Positions 7,450-16,440 of a DNA stretch of 64,000 nt are shown piece by piece. Under the pieces are notes generated by a model that made no database searches, was not told the DNA's origin, and was given only the letters and a program-made list of their open reading frames with translations. Source of the stretch: a virus. Lineage: Duplodnaviria; Heunggongvirae; Uroviricota; Caudoviricetes. The stretch lies in the IMG/VR virus record IMGVR_UViG_3300042402_002792; one strand, given 5' to 3'. Position numbers and translations under genes: made by a program. Position 1 is the stretch's first letter; each line of letters opens with the position of its first letter.

Positions 7450-9161
7450 GTTGGAAAAAATATTTTACACCGGTAACGGTTGACAACAATCCAGGGACTT
7501 ATAGTCCAATCGGATCGAACTCGTCACGTCCTGGTCCAGCTCGTGCTAACTATTCAAGTTTTTTACCTGATGTATACACCGGTGCTCCAAATCGTATTGA
7601 ACGATATTTGCAATACGATACTATGGATATGGATAGTGAAGTTAATGCGGCACTAGACATTATTGCAGAATTTTGCAGTCAAAAAAATAAAGAAAATCAC
7701 ACACCATTTACTTTGTTTTATAGAACAAAAGCTACAAATTCAGAAATAGCTATTCTTAGAGAATATCTACAACAGTGGTGCAAATTACAAAAATTTGAAA
7801 CTAGAATCTTTAGAATTGTACGCAACGTATTCAAATATGGCGATGCATTTTTTGTTCGTGATCCTGAAAATAAAAAATGGGTCTACATTGATCCAGGCAA
7901 GATTACCAAAGTTATTGTAAATGAAAGTGAAGGTAAAGCGCCAGAACAATATGTAATTCGTGACTTAAATCCTAACTTTCAAGATCTAGTTGTTACTACA
8001 ATTAATCCTAACACGATGAACACTAACAACAGAGGCACTGCTTATGCAGCGGGTGGCGCTGCCGCTAGAGGAAATGCTAGTGCATATCCTATTAGTCCAG
8101 GTACTCGTTTTAGTAATAATCAAAACGAAGTTGCTATTGAAGCAAAGCATGTGGTTCATTTGAGTCTAAGTGAAGGGTTAGATAATAACTATCCTTTTGG
8201 TAACAGTTTGTTAGAAAACGTTTTTAAAGTTTACAAGCAAAAAGAATTACTTGAAGATGCTATTATTATCTATCGTGTTCAACGTGCCCCTGAGCGCAGA
8301 GTATTTTATGTTGATGTAGGTAATATGCCTAGTCACCTTGCTATGAGTTTTGTTGAAAGGGTTAAAAATGAAATTAACCAAAGAAGACTACCTAGTGCTA
8401 CTGGCGGTGGTACTAACGTTATTGATTCAGCATATAACCCGCTATCTATCAATGAAGATTACTTCTTCCCACAAACTGCTGAAGGAAGAGGATCCAAAGT
8501 TGAGACTCTACCTGGAGGGACGAATCTCGGCGAGATTGATGATTTAAAATACTTTACAAATAAACTATTTCGTGGTTTAAGAATTCCAAGTAGCTATCTG
8601 CCAACAGGTGCAGATGATAGCCAAGCGCAGTATAACGATGGGCGAGTTGGTACAGCATATATTCAAGAACTACGTTTTAATAACTATTGCCAACGTTTAC
8701 AAAGCTTAATGCAAGAGATGTTTGATCAAGAGTTTAAACTTTATTTGTACGATAGAGGAGTAAACATTGATTCAAGTATGTTTGAATTACAATTTCAACC
8801 TCCGCAAAACTTTGCTACATATCGTCAAGCAGAATTAGACGGTCAGCGTGTTCCACAGTTCCAACAGGTATTACAAGTTCCACACATGAGTAAACGTTTT
8901 GCTATGAAACGATTCTTAGGTTTAACAGACGAAGAAATGGCAGAAAACGAACGTCTATGGGCTGAAGAAAACGGTAAGAGTAAAGCTATTCCAACAGATA
9001 GCTCAGGCGAAATGCGATCAGCAGGTATTAGTCAAGCAGGCATTGAAAGTGATTTAGGTGACCTAGCAGACGAAGTAGCACCAGATGACGCTGGTGGTGC
9101 AGCTACAGTTGCTCCAGGAACTACTGCGCCTACTGCACCAGTAACACCGCCAACAGCATAA
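7446..9161 (+). CDS. gp20: Portal vertex protein (T4 gp20-like)
   Basis: LLEDAIIIYRVQRAPERRVFYVDVGNMP, EDYFFP, GRGSKVETLPGG, and DDLKYF..KLFRGLRIP. Confidence 0.96.
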   Translation: MSWKKYFTPVTVDNNPGTYSPIGSNSSRPGPARANYSSFLPDVYTGAPNRIERYLQYDTMDMDSEVNAALDIIAEFCSQKNKENHTPFTLFYRTKATNSEIAILREYLQQWCKLQKFETRIFRIVRNVFKYGDAFFVRDPENKKWVYIDPGKITKVIVNESEGKAPEQYVIRDLNPNFQDLVVTTINPNTMNTNNRGTAYAAGGAAARGNASAYPISPGTRFSNNQNEVAIEAKHVVHLSLSEGLDNNYPFGNSLLENVFKVYKQKELLEDAIIIYRVQRAPERRVFYVDVGNMPSHLAMSFVERVKNEINQRRLPSATGGGTNVIDSAYNPLSINEDYFFPQTAEGRGSKVETLPGGTNLGEIDDLKYFTNKLFRGLRIPSSYLPTGADDSQAQYNDGRVGTAYIQELRFNNYCQRLQSLMQEMFDQEFKLYLYDRGVNIDSSMFELQFQPPQNFATYRQAELDGQRVPQFQQVLQVPHMSKRFAMKRFLGLTDEEMAENERLWAEENGKSKAIPTDSSGEMRSAGISQAGIESDLGDLADEVAPDDAGGAATVAPGTTAPTAPVTPPTA

Positions 9162-9164
9162 ATA
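9158..9164 (+). promoter_or_regulatory. Late promoter (ATAAATA) overlapping the portal stop codon
   Basis: 6 nt separate it from ATG 9171; no Shine-Dalgarno. Confidence 0.65.
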
Positions 9165-9170
9165 TTTCAT

Positions 9171-9410
9171 ATGATTTTACGAGAACTTTTTTATGCTGAC
9201 AAAGACATGCAATCTGTGTCTAATGATCTACGCAGTTCGCCTGCTCGCGACATTACATCTTTAAAAAGAAAAGATACACGTAAAACTCGACTAACACTAA
9301 AACAGATTAACGAGCTTAGAAAAGCTAGTGAATCACATATACTTGAACAAGAAAAAGAATTAGAACTAATTCAATCAATGTATATGGCTCCTGCTCAGCC
9401 AGCAGCATAA
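9171..9410 (+). CDS. Small head-module protein, unknown function
   Basis: 79 aa, basic core RKTRLTLKQINELRK, own late promoter, directly after the portal. Confidence 0.7.
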   Translation: MILRELFYADKDMQSVSNDLRSSPARDITSLKRKDTRKTRLTLKQINELRKASESHILEQEKELELIQSMYMAPAQPAA

Positions 9411-9418
9411 ATTAATTT

Positions 9419-10003
9419 ATGAGAAGTTTTGTTTTAGGAAATGGGCGCAGCCGCCTATTAATTAACCCCAACGATATAAAATCTTACGGTAATGTCTACG
9501 GATGTAACGCTCTCTATAGAGAGTTTGAGCCAGATTATCTGGTAGCAGTAGATAGTAAGATGATTATAGAAATTGCCAATTCTAGATATCAATTAAATCA
9601 CGAAGTTTGGACTAACCCTAACATAAGATATAAAACATTTAACGGGTTCAAATATTTTGACCCTAGCTTAGGTTGGAGTTCAGGACCTACAGCCTTGTAC
9701 CTAGCTGCTAAACATCAACCTATAGAAATTTTTGTTTTTGGTTTTGATTTTACAGGAGTTGCTGGCAAAGTAAACAACGTTTATGCAGATACAGACAATT
9801 ATAAAACTTCAGATCAACCAGCAACTTACTACGGTAACTGGGAACGACAAACCGAAAGTGTTGTAAAAACTAATCCTAAAATAAAATTTTATCGAGTAGT
9901 TGATAACACATATTATACTCCCGCATGGGAACAACATAATTTTAGACACATGCATATTAACGAATTTAAGAAATTACAAGAAACGTGGTCTAAAATTCGT
10001 TAA
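9419..10003 (+). CDS. Rossmann-like transferase (sialyltransferase-like / DUF115-MptE-like fold)
   Basis: Motifs VLGNGRS, YGCNALY, PDYLVAVD, SSGPTA and GFDF. Confidence 0.55.
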   Translation: MRSFVLGNGRSRLLINPNDIKSYGNVYGCNALYREFEPDYLVAVDSKMIIEIANSRYQLNHEVWTNPNIRYKTFNGFKYFDPSLGWSSGPTALYLAAKHQPIEIFVFGFDFTGVAGKVNNVYADTDNYKTSDQPATYYGNWERQTESVVKTNPKIKFYRVVDNTYYTPAWEQHNFRHMHINEFKKLQETWSKIR

Positions 10004-10040
10004 AATTACACCATTTTACCCCTATTATTACAATTAAGTG

Positions 10041-10046
10041 TAAATA
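10041..10046 (+). promoter_or_regulatory. Late promoter (TAAATA) for the head operon
   Basis: Upstream of AGGAG and ATG 10082. Confidence 0.6.
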
Positions 10047-10081
10047 TATTTGACAGCCTTGCAACCTATAGGAGACAAACC

Positions 10082-10945
10082 ATGACTGATCGAAATAAGT
10101 TCGAGCAGATGCTCGAACATCTTATTAATGAAGAAAGTGACAAAGCCAAAGAGCTTTTCCATCAACTAGTAGTTGAAAAATCTCGCGAAATCTATGAAGA
10201 AATTCTTGCTGAAGACTTCCAAGTAAATGAGGAAGACGAAGACGAAGAAATGGATGAAGCTAAGGATAAAGATGAAGACGACGAACAAGTTGACGAAGCT
10301 AAAGACGAAGACGAAGACGACGAAGAAGTGGACGAGAGTTTTGGTTTTGCTGAAGGCGACGATGAAGACGAAGGTGACGTAGGCGGTGACGCAGGCGACG
10401 ACTTTGTTGATGATATTGACGCCGAAATGGGCGACGAAGAAGGTTCAGAAGGAGAAGGCGATCTAGAAGACCGTGTTGTTGATCTAGAAGACGCACTTGA
10501 TGAATTACGTTCAGAATTTGAAGCATTAATGGCCGACGAAGGCGGAATGGACGACATGGACGACATGGGCGGTGACGACATGGGCGGTGACGACATGGGC
10601 ATGGACAAAGACTTAGAAGATAGCTTTGTTCGTGAGTATGTAGAAAAAGTTAGCTCAGCAAAGATGGGCGACAACGGCGCAAACGCTAAGTCTATTGTAG
10701 CTGGTAAGAACGACATGGGTGGTACAACTGCTAATATTGTTAAGGGTGGCGAAAGCACCACTGGCGGTACAAAAGGCGGTTTAGCTAATCCTAGTACTAA
10801 AGAAGATAACGCAGGTAATGTAAATGTTCCTGGCGGTAAGGCTGGAGTTAAACATCTTAAGAAGATGAGTGCTCCAAAAGGCGGAGATGATGGCGATAAA
10901 AGCGCAGGTAGTCCGCTTAACGGTGCTCCCGGAAGAGCAAAATAA
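10082..10945 (+). CDS. Acidic prohead core protein (gp67/gp68-like position)
   Basis: Very D/E-rich, lies between portal and protease, has repeated (V/M)-(D/N)-E protease-type sites, strong SD AGGAG. Confidence 0.7.
   Translation: MTDRNKFEQMLEHLINEESDKAKELFHQLVVEKSREIYEEILAEDFQVNEEDEDEEMDEAKDKDEDDEQVDEAKDEDEDDEEVDESFGFAEGDDEDEGDVGGDAGDDFVDDIDAEMGDEEGSEGEGDLEDRVVDLEDALDELRSEFEALMADEGGMDDMDDMGGDDMGGDDMGMDKDLEDSFVREYVEKVSSAKMGDNGANAKSIVAGKNDMGGTTANIVKGGESTTGGTKGGLANPSTKEDNAGNVNVPGGKAGVKHLKKMSAPKGGDDGDKSAGSPLNGAPGRAK
10559..10600 (+). repeat. 15-bp tandem repeat GACGACATGGGCGGT x~2.8 (DDMGG)
   Basis: Read directly from the sequence; in frame. Confidence 0.85.
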
Positions 10946-10951
10946 GGTAGT

Positions 10952-11581
10952 ATGATGAACTATCTTCGCGAAAACCTGAGTTTCGACCAAGCGAAAGTGG
11001 TCGTAGAAACCGACGGTGACGGCGGAAAAAATCTCCACATGAAAGGGATTTTTATCCAAGGTGACAAGAGGAATCAGAATCAGCGTGTTTATCCTGTACA
11101 AGAGATTGCCAGGGCTGTCAAGACCCTGAACGATCAAATCGCAGGTGGCTATTCAGTGTTAGGCGAAGTTGATCATCCAGATGACCTAAGAATTAACCTT
11201 GACCGTGTGAGTCATATGATCACAGAAATGTGGATGGAAGGCGCAGACGGTTATGGAAAATTAAAAATCCTACCAACTCCTATGGGACAACTTGTGGAAA
11301 CAATGTTGAAAAGTGGAGTGAAGTTAGGAGTTTCAAGTCGCGGGTCTGGAAACGTTCGTGAGGACGGTTCCGGTCACGTGTCAGATTTTGAGATTATCAC
11401 AGTTGATGTGGTAGCTCAACCTAGTGCTCCGGGTGCATATCCTACACCAATCTATGAACATTTAATGAATACTCGTGGTGGTTATAGAAGCTTGCGTATA
11501 GCGCAAGAGGTTAAAGGTGATCCTAGGGCGCAGAAATATCTCAAAGAGAGCTTATTAGCAATAATAAGCAAGCTCCAATAA
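10952..11581 (+). CDS. gp21: Prohead core protease (T4 gp21-like)
   Basis: GIFIQGD.RNQNQRVYP, LGEVDHP, GVSSRGSG and DVVAQPSAPGA. Confidence 0.96.
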   Translation: MMNYLRENLSFDQAKVVVETDGDGGKNLHMKGIFIQGDKRNQNQRVYPVQEIARAVKTLNDQIAGGYSVLGEVDHPDDLRINLDRVSHMITEMWMEGADGYGKLKILPTPMGQLVETMLKSGVKLGVSSRGSGNVREDGSGHVSDFEIITVDVVAQPSAPGAYPTPIYEHLMNTRGGYRSLRIAQEVKGDPRAQKYLKESLLAIISKLQ

Positions 11582-11596
11582 AAAAAGGAGAATCAC

Positions 11597-12685
11597 ATGT
11601 TGGACGCACTAAAACATCTATTTGAGAATAATGTGATTTCGGAAGAAGTAAAAGCTGATATTGAGAAAGCTTGGGACGCTCGCATTGTCGAGAACCGTAC
11701 ACAAGTAACTCAACAACTACGTGAAGAATTTGCACAACGCTACGAGCATGACAAACAAGTTATGGTTGAAGCTATTGATCGTATGTTGGGAGACCAACTA
11801 CGTGAAGAAATTAGTCAATTTGTAGAAGATCGTAATCAACTTGCTGAAATGAAAGCAAAGTATGCAGTAAAAATGCAAGGCAATGCTAAGTTAATGCAAG
11901 AATTTGTAACTCGTCAACTTTCCAAAGAAGTTAAAGAATTACACGAAGATCAAGTACAAATGGCAGCAAAATTCAAAACGCTTGAGCGTTTTGTAGTTGA
12001 AGCTCTTGCTCAAGAAATTGCAGAATTCCATACAGATAAACAAGATCTTGCAAATACCAAGGTACGTTTAGTTCGTGAAGGACGCGATGCTCTAGCAAAA
12101 ATGAAAGAACAGTTTATTAAACGTGCAGCACAATTAGTCGAAACTACAGTTGAAAAGACTCTTACTAAAGAGATTGGTCAACTAAAAGAAGACATTGAAA
12201 GTGCTCGTCGTAACGACTTCGGTCGTAAGTTGTTTGAAGCATTTGCTACTGAGTATCAAGGAAGTTATCTTAGCGAAAAATCAGAATCAGCTAAATTGCT
12301 CAAGGTCATAGACATGAAAGAATTAGAACTAGCTCAAGCTAAAAACGCTGTAGCAGAGGCTCGTCTAATCGCAGAAAGCAAACAAGCAGAAATTAAGGCT
12401 CTTACAGAGAGTCAGCAACGTCAGGAAATTATGAATGAACTAGTAGCTCCTTTAGGTGGAAACCAAAAAGCTATTATGACAGAATTACTTGAAAGCGTAC
12501 ATACAACAAAACTAAAATCTAGTTTTGAAAAGTACCTACCAGCTGTAATTGCTGGTGAAGCACCAAAAAAGAAACAGGCATTAGTAGAGGCAAAAGAAGT
12601 AACAGGCAATAAAGAAACCAACAGCGTCAGTAGCAGCAGAGAAGACCACAATATAATAGATATTCGTCGTCTTGCTGGAATTTAA
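11597..12685 (+). CDS. gp22: Prohead scaffold protein (T4 gp22-like)
   Basis: Coiled-coil protein between protease and MCP; ends IRRLAGI. Confidence 0.85.
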   Translation: MLDALKHLFENNVISEEVKADIEKAWDARIVENRTQVTQQLREEFAQRYEHDKQVMVEAIDRMLGDQLREEISQFVEDRNQLAEMKAKYAVKMQGNAKLMQEFVTRQLSKEVKELHEDQVQMAAKFKTLERFVVEALAQEIAEFHTDKQDLANTKVRLVREGRDALAKMKEQFIKRAAQLVETTVEKTLTKEIGQLKEDIESARRNDFGRKLFEAFATEYQGSYLSEKSESAKLLKVIDMKELELAQAKNAVAEARLIAESKQAEIKALTESQQRQEIMNELVAPLGGNQKAIMTELLESVHTTKLKSSFEKYLPAVIAGEAPKKKQALVEAKEVTGNKETNSVSSSREDHNIIDIRRLAGI

Positions 12686-12708
12686 TACATTAATTAGGAG
12701 AAAATATA

Positions 12709-13878
12709 ATGTCAGAACTACTAACAAGCCGTTGGGCAGAGACCAAAGAGGCCCTTCTTGAAGGCCTACAAGGCACCAAGCGTTCAGTAATGGCTAGCAC
12801 CTTAGAGAATACTCGCAAGTATCTCGCAGAAAGTGCTTCCGCAGGTGCTACTTCTGCCGGCAACGTCGCAACATTAAACCGCGTGATTCTTCCAGTAATC
12901 CGTCGTGTTATGCCAACAGTTATCGCTAACGAGTTGGTCGGTGTACAACCAATGACTGGCCCAGTTGGGCAAATCCATACTCTACGTGTTCGCTACAGCG
13001 ATACAAGCGGTAGTGGTACAGGAGATGCAACTGCTGGTGAAGAGGCATTAAGCCCCTTCAAAATTGCTGAAAGCTATTCTGGTGCCGCTGGTACTGGTAA
13101 AGCCGCTTCTACTGCTGCACTAGAAGGTGCTGCTGGTAAGCGTATGAGCATTCAGATCTTGAAACAAACAGTCGAAGCTAAGACACGTAAGTTATCAGCT
13201 CGCTGGACATTCGAGGCTGCACAAGATGCACAAGCTCAGCAAGGTATCGATATCGAAGCAGAAATCATGGCCGCTTTAGCTCAAGAAATTACAGCTGAAA
13301 TCGATCAAGAGATCCTAGCTTCTTTAACAACATTAGCTGGTTCACAAAACCAGTTAGCTTATAACCAAGCTACAGTAAGCGGTACAGCTACATTCGTTGG
13401 TGATGAACACGCTGCTCTTGCAGTTATGATCAACCGTGTTGCTAACGTAATCGCTCAGCGTACACGTCGTGGCGCTGGTAACTGGGCTGTTGTAAGTCCA
13501 TTAGCATTGACAATTCTTCAAAGTGCTACAACTTCTGCGTTCGCAAGAACAACAGAAGGCACATTCGAAGCACCTACAAACACTAAGTTTGTTGGTACAT
13601 TGAACAATGCTATGAAAGTATATGTTAACACATATACAACAAGCGATACAGTTCTAGTTGGCTACAAAGGCGCTAACGAGAGTGACGCAGCAGCATTCTA
13701 TTGCCCATACATTCCATTGATGAGCAGTGGTGTTGTTCTTGACCCATCAACATTCGAACCAGTCGTATCATTCATGACACGTTATGGTTATGTTGAGTTG
13801 TCAAATACAGCTTCTTCTCTAGGTAACGCAGCTGACTACCTAGGTACAGTTACTATCAGTAACGCTGTATTCAGCTAA
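12709..13878 (+). CDS. gp23: Major capsid protein (T4 gp23-like)
   Basis: LVGVQPMTGP, VEAKTRKLSARWT.EAAQD, EITAEIDQEI, FYCPYIPL and FMTRYG; probable maturation cleavage at YLAE. Confidence 0.97.
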   Translation: MSELLTSRWAETKEALLEGLQGTKRSVMASTLENTRKYLAESASAGATSAGNVATLNRVILPVIRRVMPTVIANELVGVQPMTGPVGQIHTLRVRYSDTSGSGTGDATAGEEALSPFKIAESYSGAAGTGKAASTAALEGAAGKRMSIQILKQTVEAKTRKLSARWTFEAAQDAQAQQGIDIEAEIMAALAQEITAEIDQEILASLTTLAGSQNQLAYNQATVSGTATFVGDEHAALAVMINRVANVIAQRTRRGAGNWAVVSPLALTILQSATTSAFARTTEGTFEAPTNTKFVGTLNNAMKVYVNTYTTSDTVLVGYKGANESDAAAFYCPYIPLMSSGVVLDPSTFEPVVSFMTRYGYVELSNTASSLGNAADYLGTVTISNAVFS

Positions 13879-13906
13879 TCAACTTACCGCAAGGTACGTT
13901 AATTAT

Positions 13907-13932
13907 AAAGGGCTCTTCGGAGCCCTTTCTCT
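13907..13932 (+). terminator. Rho-independent terminator after the MCP
   Basis: AAAGGGCTC-TTCG-GAGCCCTTT followed by a pyrimidine run. A second hairpin, TACC-GCAA-GGTA, lies at 13885-13896. Confidence 0.85.
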
Positions 13933-13939
13933 TGATCAG

Positions 13940-14034
13940 ATAAATACTATGTCTAAAAATAGAGCCTGTTTTATACAGGACTTATGCAGAATCCCTCTGC
14001 GTAGACCTAGAACGTCATATTAAGGAGAAACCAA
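13940..14034 (+). promoter_or_regulatory. Late promoter (ATAAATA 13940-13946) plus structured ~85-nt leader
   Basis: Hairpins CCTGT/ACAGG (13965-13979) and TATGCAGA/TCTGCGTA (13983-14003), followed by TAAGGAG. Confidence 0.6.
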
Positions 14035-14457
14035 ATGGGACGTCCATTATTTAAAGATGTAAACGGTGTTAAAGCTACACGTTCATACACAACAACACAA
14101 GCCGGTATTAAAGTAGAAGGTTATTTCGGCGGATCATTAGCTACAGATTATCAAATTGTCAAACAGCGCGGAGCAAGAACTTTTGTAGTTTTAAGCACTG
14201 CTACTGACGAATTTACTGAAGCAGAAAGCATCTCTGGTATCACAGCTTCAAACTTGCAAGTAGGAACAACAGTAGCTGATCAACCAGCTGCTGACGGTGA
14301 AATTCGTATCCTCGGATCTACAACTGGTCAAACTCCAGGTACTACTGCTATTAAAAAATTAACTCGTAGACTGGCATACGACTTTAGCGACAACAAATAT
14401 ACTTGGTATATTGACAATGATTCTTCAGGTGATGTATTAGTATTAACAGCAGTCTAA
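14035..14457 (+). CDS. Putative virion structural protein (140 aa)
   Basis: Late promoter, strong SD, directly after the MCP; MGRPL start and IVKQRG motif. Confidence 0.6.
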   Translation: MGRPLFKDVNGVKATRSYTTTQAGIKVEGYFGGSLATDYQIVKQRGARTFVVLSTATDEFTEAESISGITASNLQVGTTVADQPAADGEIRILGSTTGQTPGTTAIKKLTRRLAYDFSDNKYTWYIDNDSSGDVLVLTAV

Positions 14458-14458
14458 T

Positions 14459-15544
14459 ATGAAAGTTTTAAGTATTCCTAACAGTGATTATAAAGTAATC
14501 ACAAGAAACAATGGTAAAATTACCTTAGACGTTGGTAACGACGGTGAGGTAATTGTCACTGGAGATTTAACAGTTGTTGGTGATGTAACTACAATTCAAA
14601 GTGAAACATTAACTGTTAGGGATAATATTATTCAACTTAACATTGATGATACTGGAGATTCTCAAGGTATTAGTTTAGTTTTTAATAGAGAATCTGGTGT
14701 TGAGATAAATCGTGGATCTGTTAAACCTGACGGATATTTTGTACTAAGTGATGCTGTTGAAAGCATTCGAGCAAACGGATCCTCTGCTTACGGAACATGG
14801 TTATTTAAAGATGCTAACGGAGCATCAATGGGTCTTCAAACTTGTTCTATCAAAACTGGACCTAATGAAAATTTATTTTTAATTAATCAAGGTACTGGTT
14901 ATGTTACAGTTACCGGTACAGTTGATTATGAAAAAAATGCTTTAAATTATTCTGCATATTGGCCAACTTATCCTACAGGATCTCCTAGTTATAGTGGTCC
15001 TATAACACTACTTGTTGGCGGAGACGATGTAATTCCAAATGCCAAAGCTATGGCAGACTACACAACTTCGAGTTTATACTTTTTTGATGATTGGCGAATT
15101 AGTGACGCTAACACAAATGTTTCAGTATATGACAGTTTAAGTGACAGTACTCCGGGAAATATATATAGACCAGTAGGATATATACCGCCTACAGATAGTA
15201 AAATAGAATTTACAGTTGATGGTAGTGAACGAGCAGAAATTAATGCCAACGGTTTAAATGTTGACAATTTAAGAGTCTTTACGGACACAGTAAGTAATAC
15301 TAGTATAGGTAATGATTTAATACTTACTGCTGGAAATAATACTGTAAGGATTGACTCAGTAGTTAAGTTACAAGAACAAGCAAGTGATCCAACAAGCACA
15401 AGTACATATGGAAAATTATATACTAAGGCACCTGGCAGTGGCGTCGGAACTCCTGGTAAGACTGGAATTTACTTTGTAAATACTCTTACTAACGATGAAC
15501 TAGTGGCCAAAAATAGAGCATTGCTTTTTAGTATATTATTTTAA
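14459..15544 (+). CDS. Putative virion fibre/collar-type structural protein (361 aa)
   Basis: Beta-rich, with VTGDLTVVG, TVRDNIIQLN and SGVEINRG motifs; C-terminal ALLFSILF resembles the ends of the giant fibres. Confidence 0.6.
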   Translation: MKVLSIPNSDYKVITRNNGKITLDVGNDGEVIVTGDLTVVGDVTTIQSETLTVRDNIIQLNIDDTGDSQGISLVFNRESGVEINRGSVKPDGYFVLSDAVESIRANGSSAYGTWLFKDANGASMGLQTCSIKTGPNENLFLINQGTGYVTVTGTVDYEKNALNYSAYWPTYPTGSPSYSGPITLLVGGDDVIPNAKAMADYTTSSLYFFDDWRISDANTNVSVYDSLSDSTPGNIYRPVGYIPPTDSKIEFTVDGSERAEINANGLNVDNLRVFTDTVSNTSIGNDLILTAGNNTVRIDSVVKLQEQASDPTSTSTYGKLYTKAPGSGVGTPGKTGIYFVNTLTNDELVAKNRALLFSILF

Positions 15545-15553
15545 GGATAAAAA

Positions 15554-15859
15554 ATGGCATTATATAACACACCAATTTTAGCAACAAATACAACACTAGC
15601 AAGTGGCTCAGGTGAACGTGCTATAACTACTGTTATTGTTTGCAACACAACTGGTGGAGATTTACCGTTAACTTTATATGCTGTAGCTAGCGGTGGTAGT
15701 GCTGGCACAGGTACTATGATCGTAAATGCGTTAAATGTACCAGCAGGAGATACTGTAAGTTTTGATCAAGAAAAAATAGTATTGTCAACCGGTGATGCAT
15801 TAATAGCAGCAAGCTCGGGCACAGGGTTAACAGCAACAGTGAGTACATTGGCGGTCTAA
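15554..15859 (+). CDS. Small beta-rich virion protein (paralogue of 25962 and 45320)
   Basis: ~100 aa; shares the VxNxT...VPA..T...EKIVL..GD.L pattern with its paralogues. Confidence 0.6.
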   Translation: MALYNTPILATNTTLASGSGERAITTVIVCNTTGGDLPLTLYAVASGGSAGTGTMIVNALNVPAGDTVSFDQEKIVLSTGDALIAASSGTGLTATVSTLAV

Positions 15860-15860
15860 G

Positions 15861-16409
15861 ATGCGTTTTTTAAAAACATTAACACTTAATCGTAGAGCAA
15901 TTTATGATGACAGAGTAGCTGTTAGAACAGACAGCTCTGTTATAATGAATACTACTAATAATCTACTAGTACCAAAGGGTGCTACTGCTGATCAACCAGC
16001 AAGTCCAGTTGACGGCATGATTAGGTACAATACAGATTTAAACACTCCACACGGAGAGTTTGAGTTCCGTCAAGGCGGTGCATGGCGTCGAGTAAGGTTT
16101 CAAGAACCAAATGGCATAGTTGTACAAAAATTAGGACCAGGCGATGATAGCACTACTGTGTTTGGCCCGCTAACACCAGATCCTTTTACATATACTCAGC
16201 AAGCTGGTGTAACCTGGGATGCTGCACAAATAGCTAAAAATTTAATTGTAATAGTTGAAAACGTATTTCAAATCCCTGGTGCAGGCGAAAACTTTACAGT
16301 GATACAACAACCAACCGGTCCTCTTGGTGCAAACGAAACATATTTACAATTTGCAACTGCTGTACCTACAACAAAATATATCTACATCTTCCATAAATTT
16401 GATCAGTAA
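15861..16409 (+). CDS. Virion protein with a P.G.T..(R/Q)P...G.IRYN module
   Basis: VPKGATADQPASPVDGMIRYNT...FE; the same module recurs in the 1413-, 1709- and 331-aa proteins. Confidence 0.6.
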   Translation: MRFLKTLTLNRRAIYDDRVAVRTDSSVIMNTTNNLLVPKGATADQPASPVDGMIRYNTDLNTPHGEFEFRQGGAWRRVRFQEPNGIVVQKLGPGDDSTTVFGPLTPDPFTYTQQAGVTWDAAQIAKNLIVIVENVFQIPGAGENFTVIQQPTGPLGANETYLQFATAVPTTKYIYIFHKFDQ

Positions 16410-16412
16410 TAG

Positions 16413-16433
16413 TCCGATAAATATTTGATCGGA
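16413..16433 (+). promoter_or_regulatory. Late promoter (ATAAATA 16417-16423) inside the inverted repeat TCCGAT/ATCGGA, which overlaps the SD
   Basis: Read directly from the sequence; the GGAG SD of 16441 overlaps the 3' arm. Confidence 0.55.
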
Positions 16434-16440
16434 GCTTACT

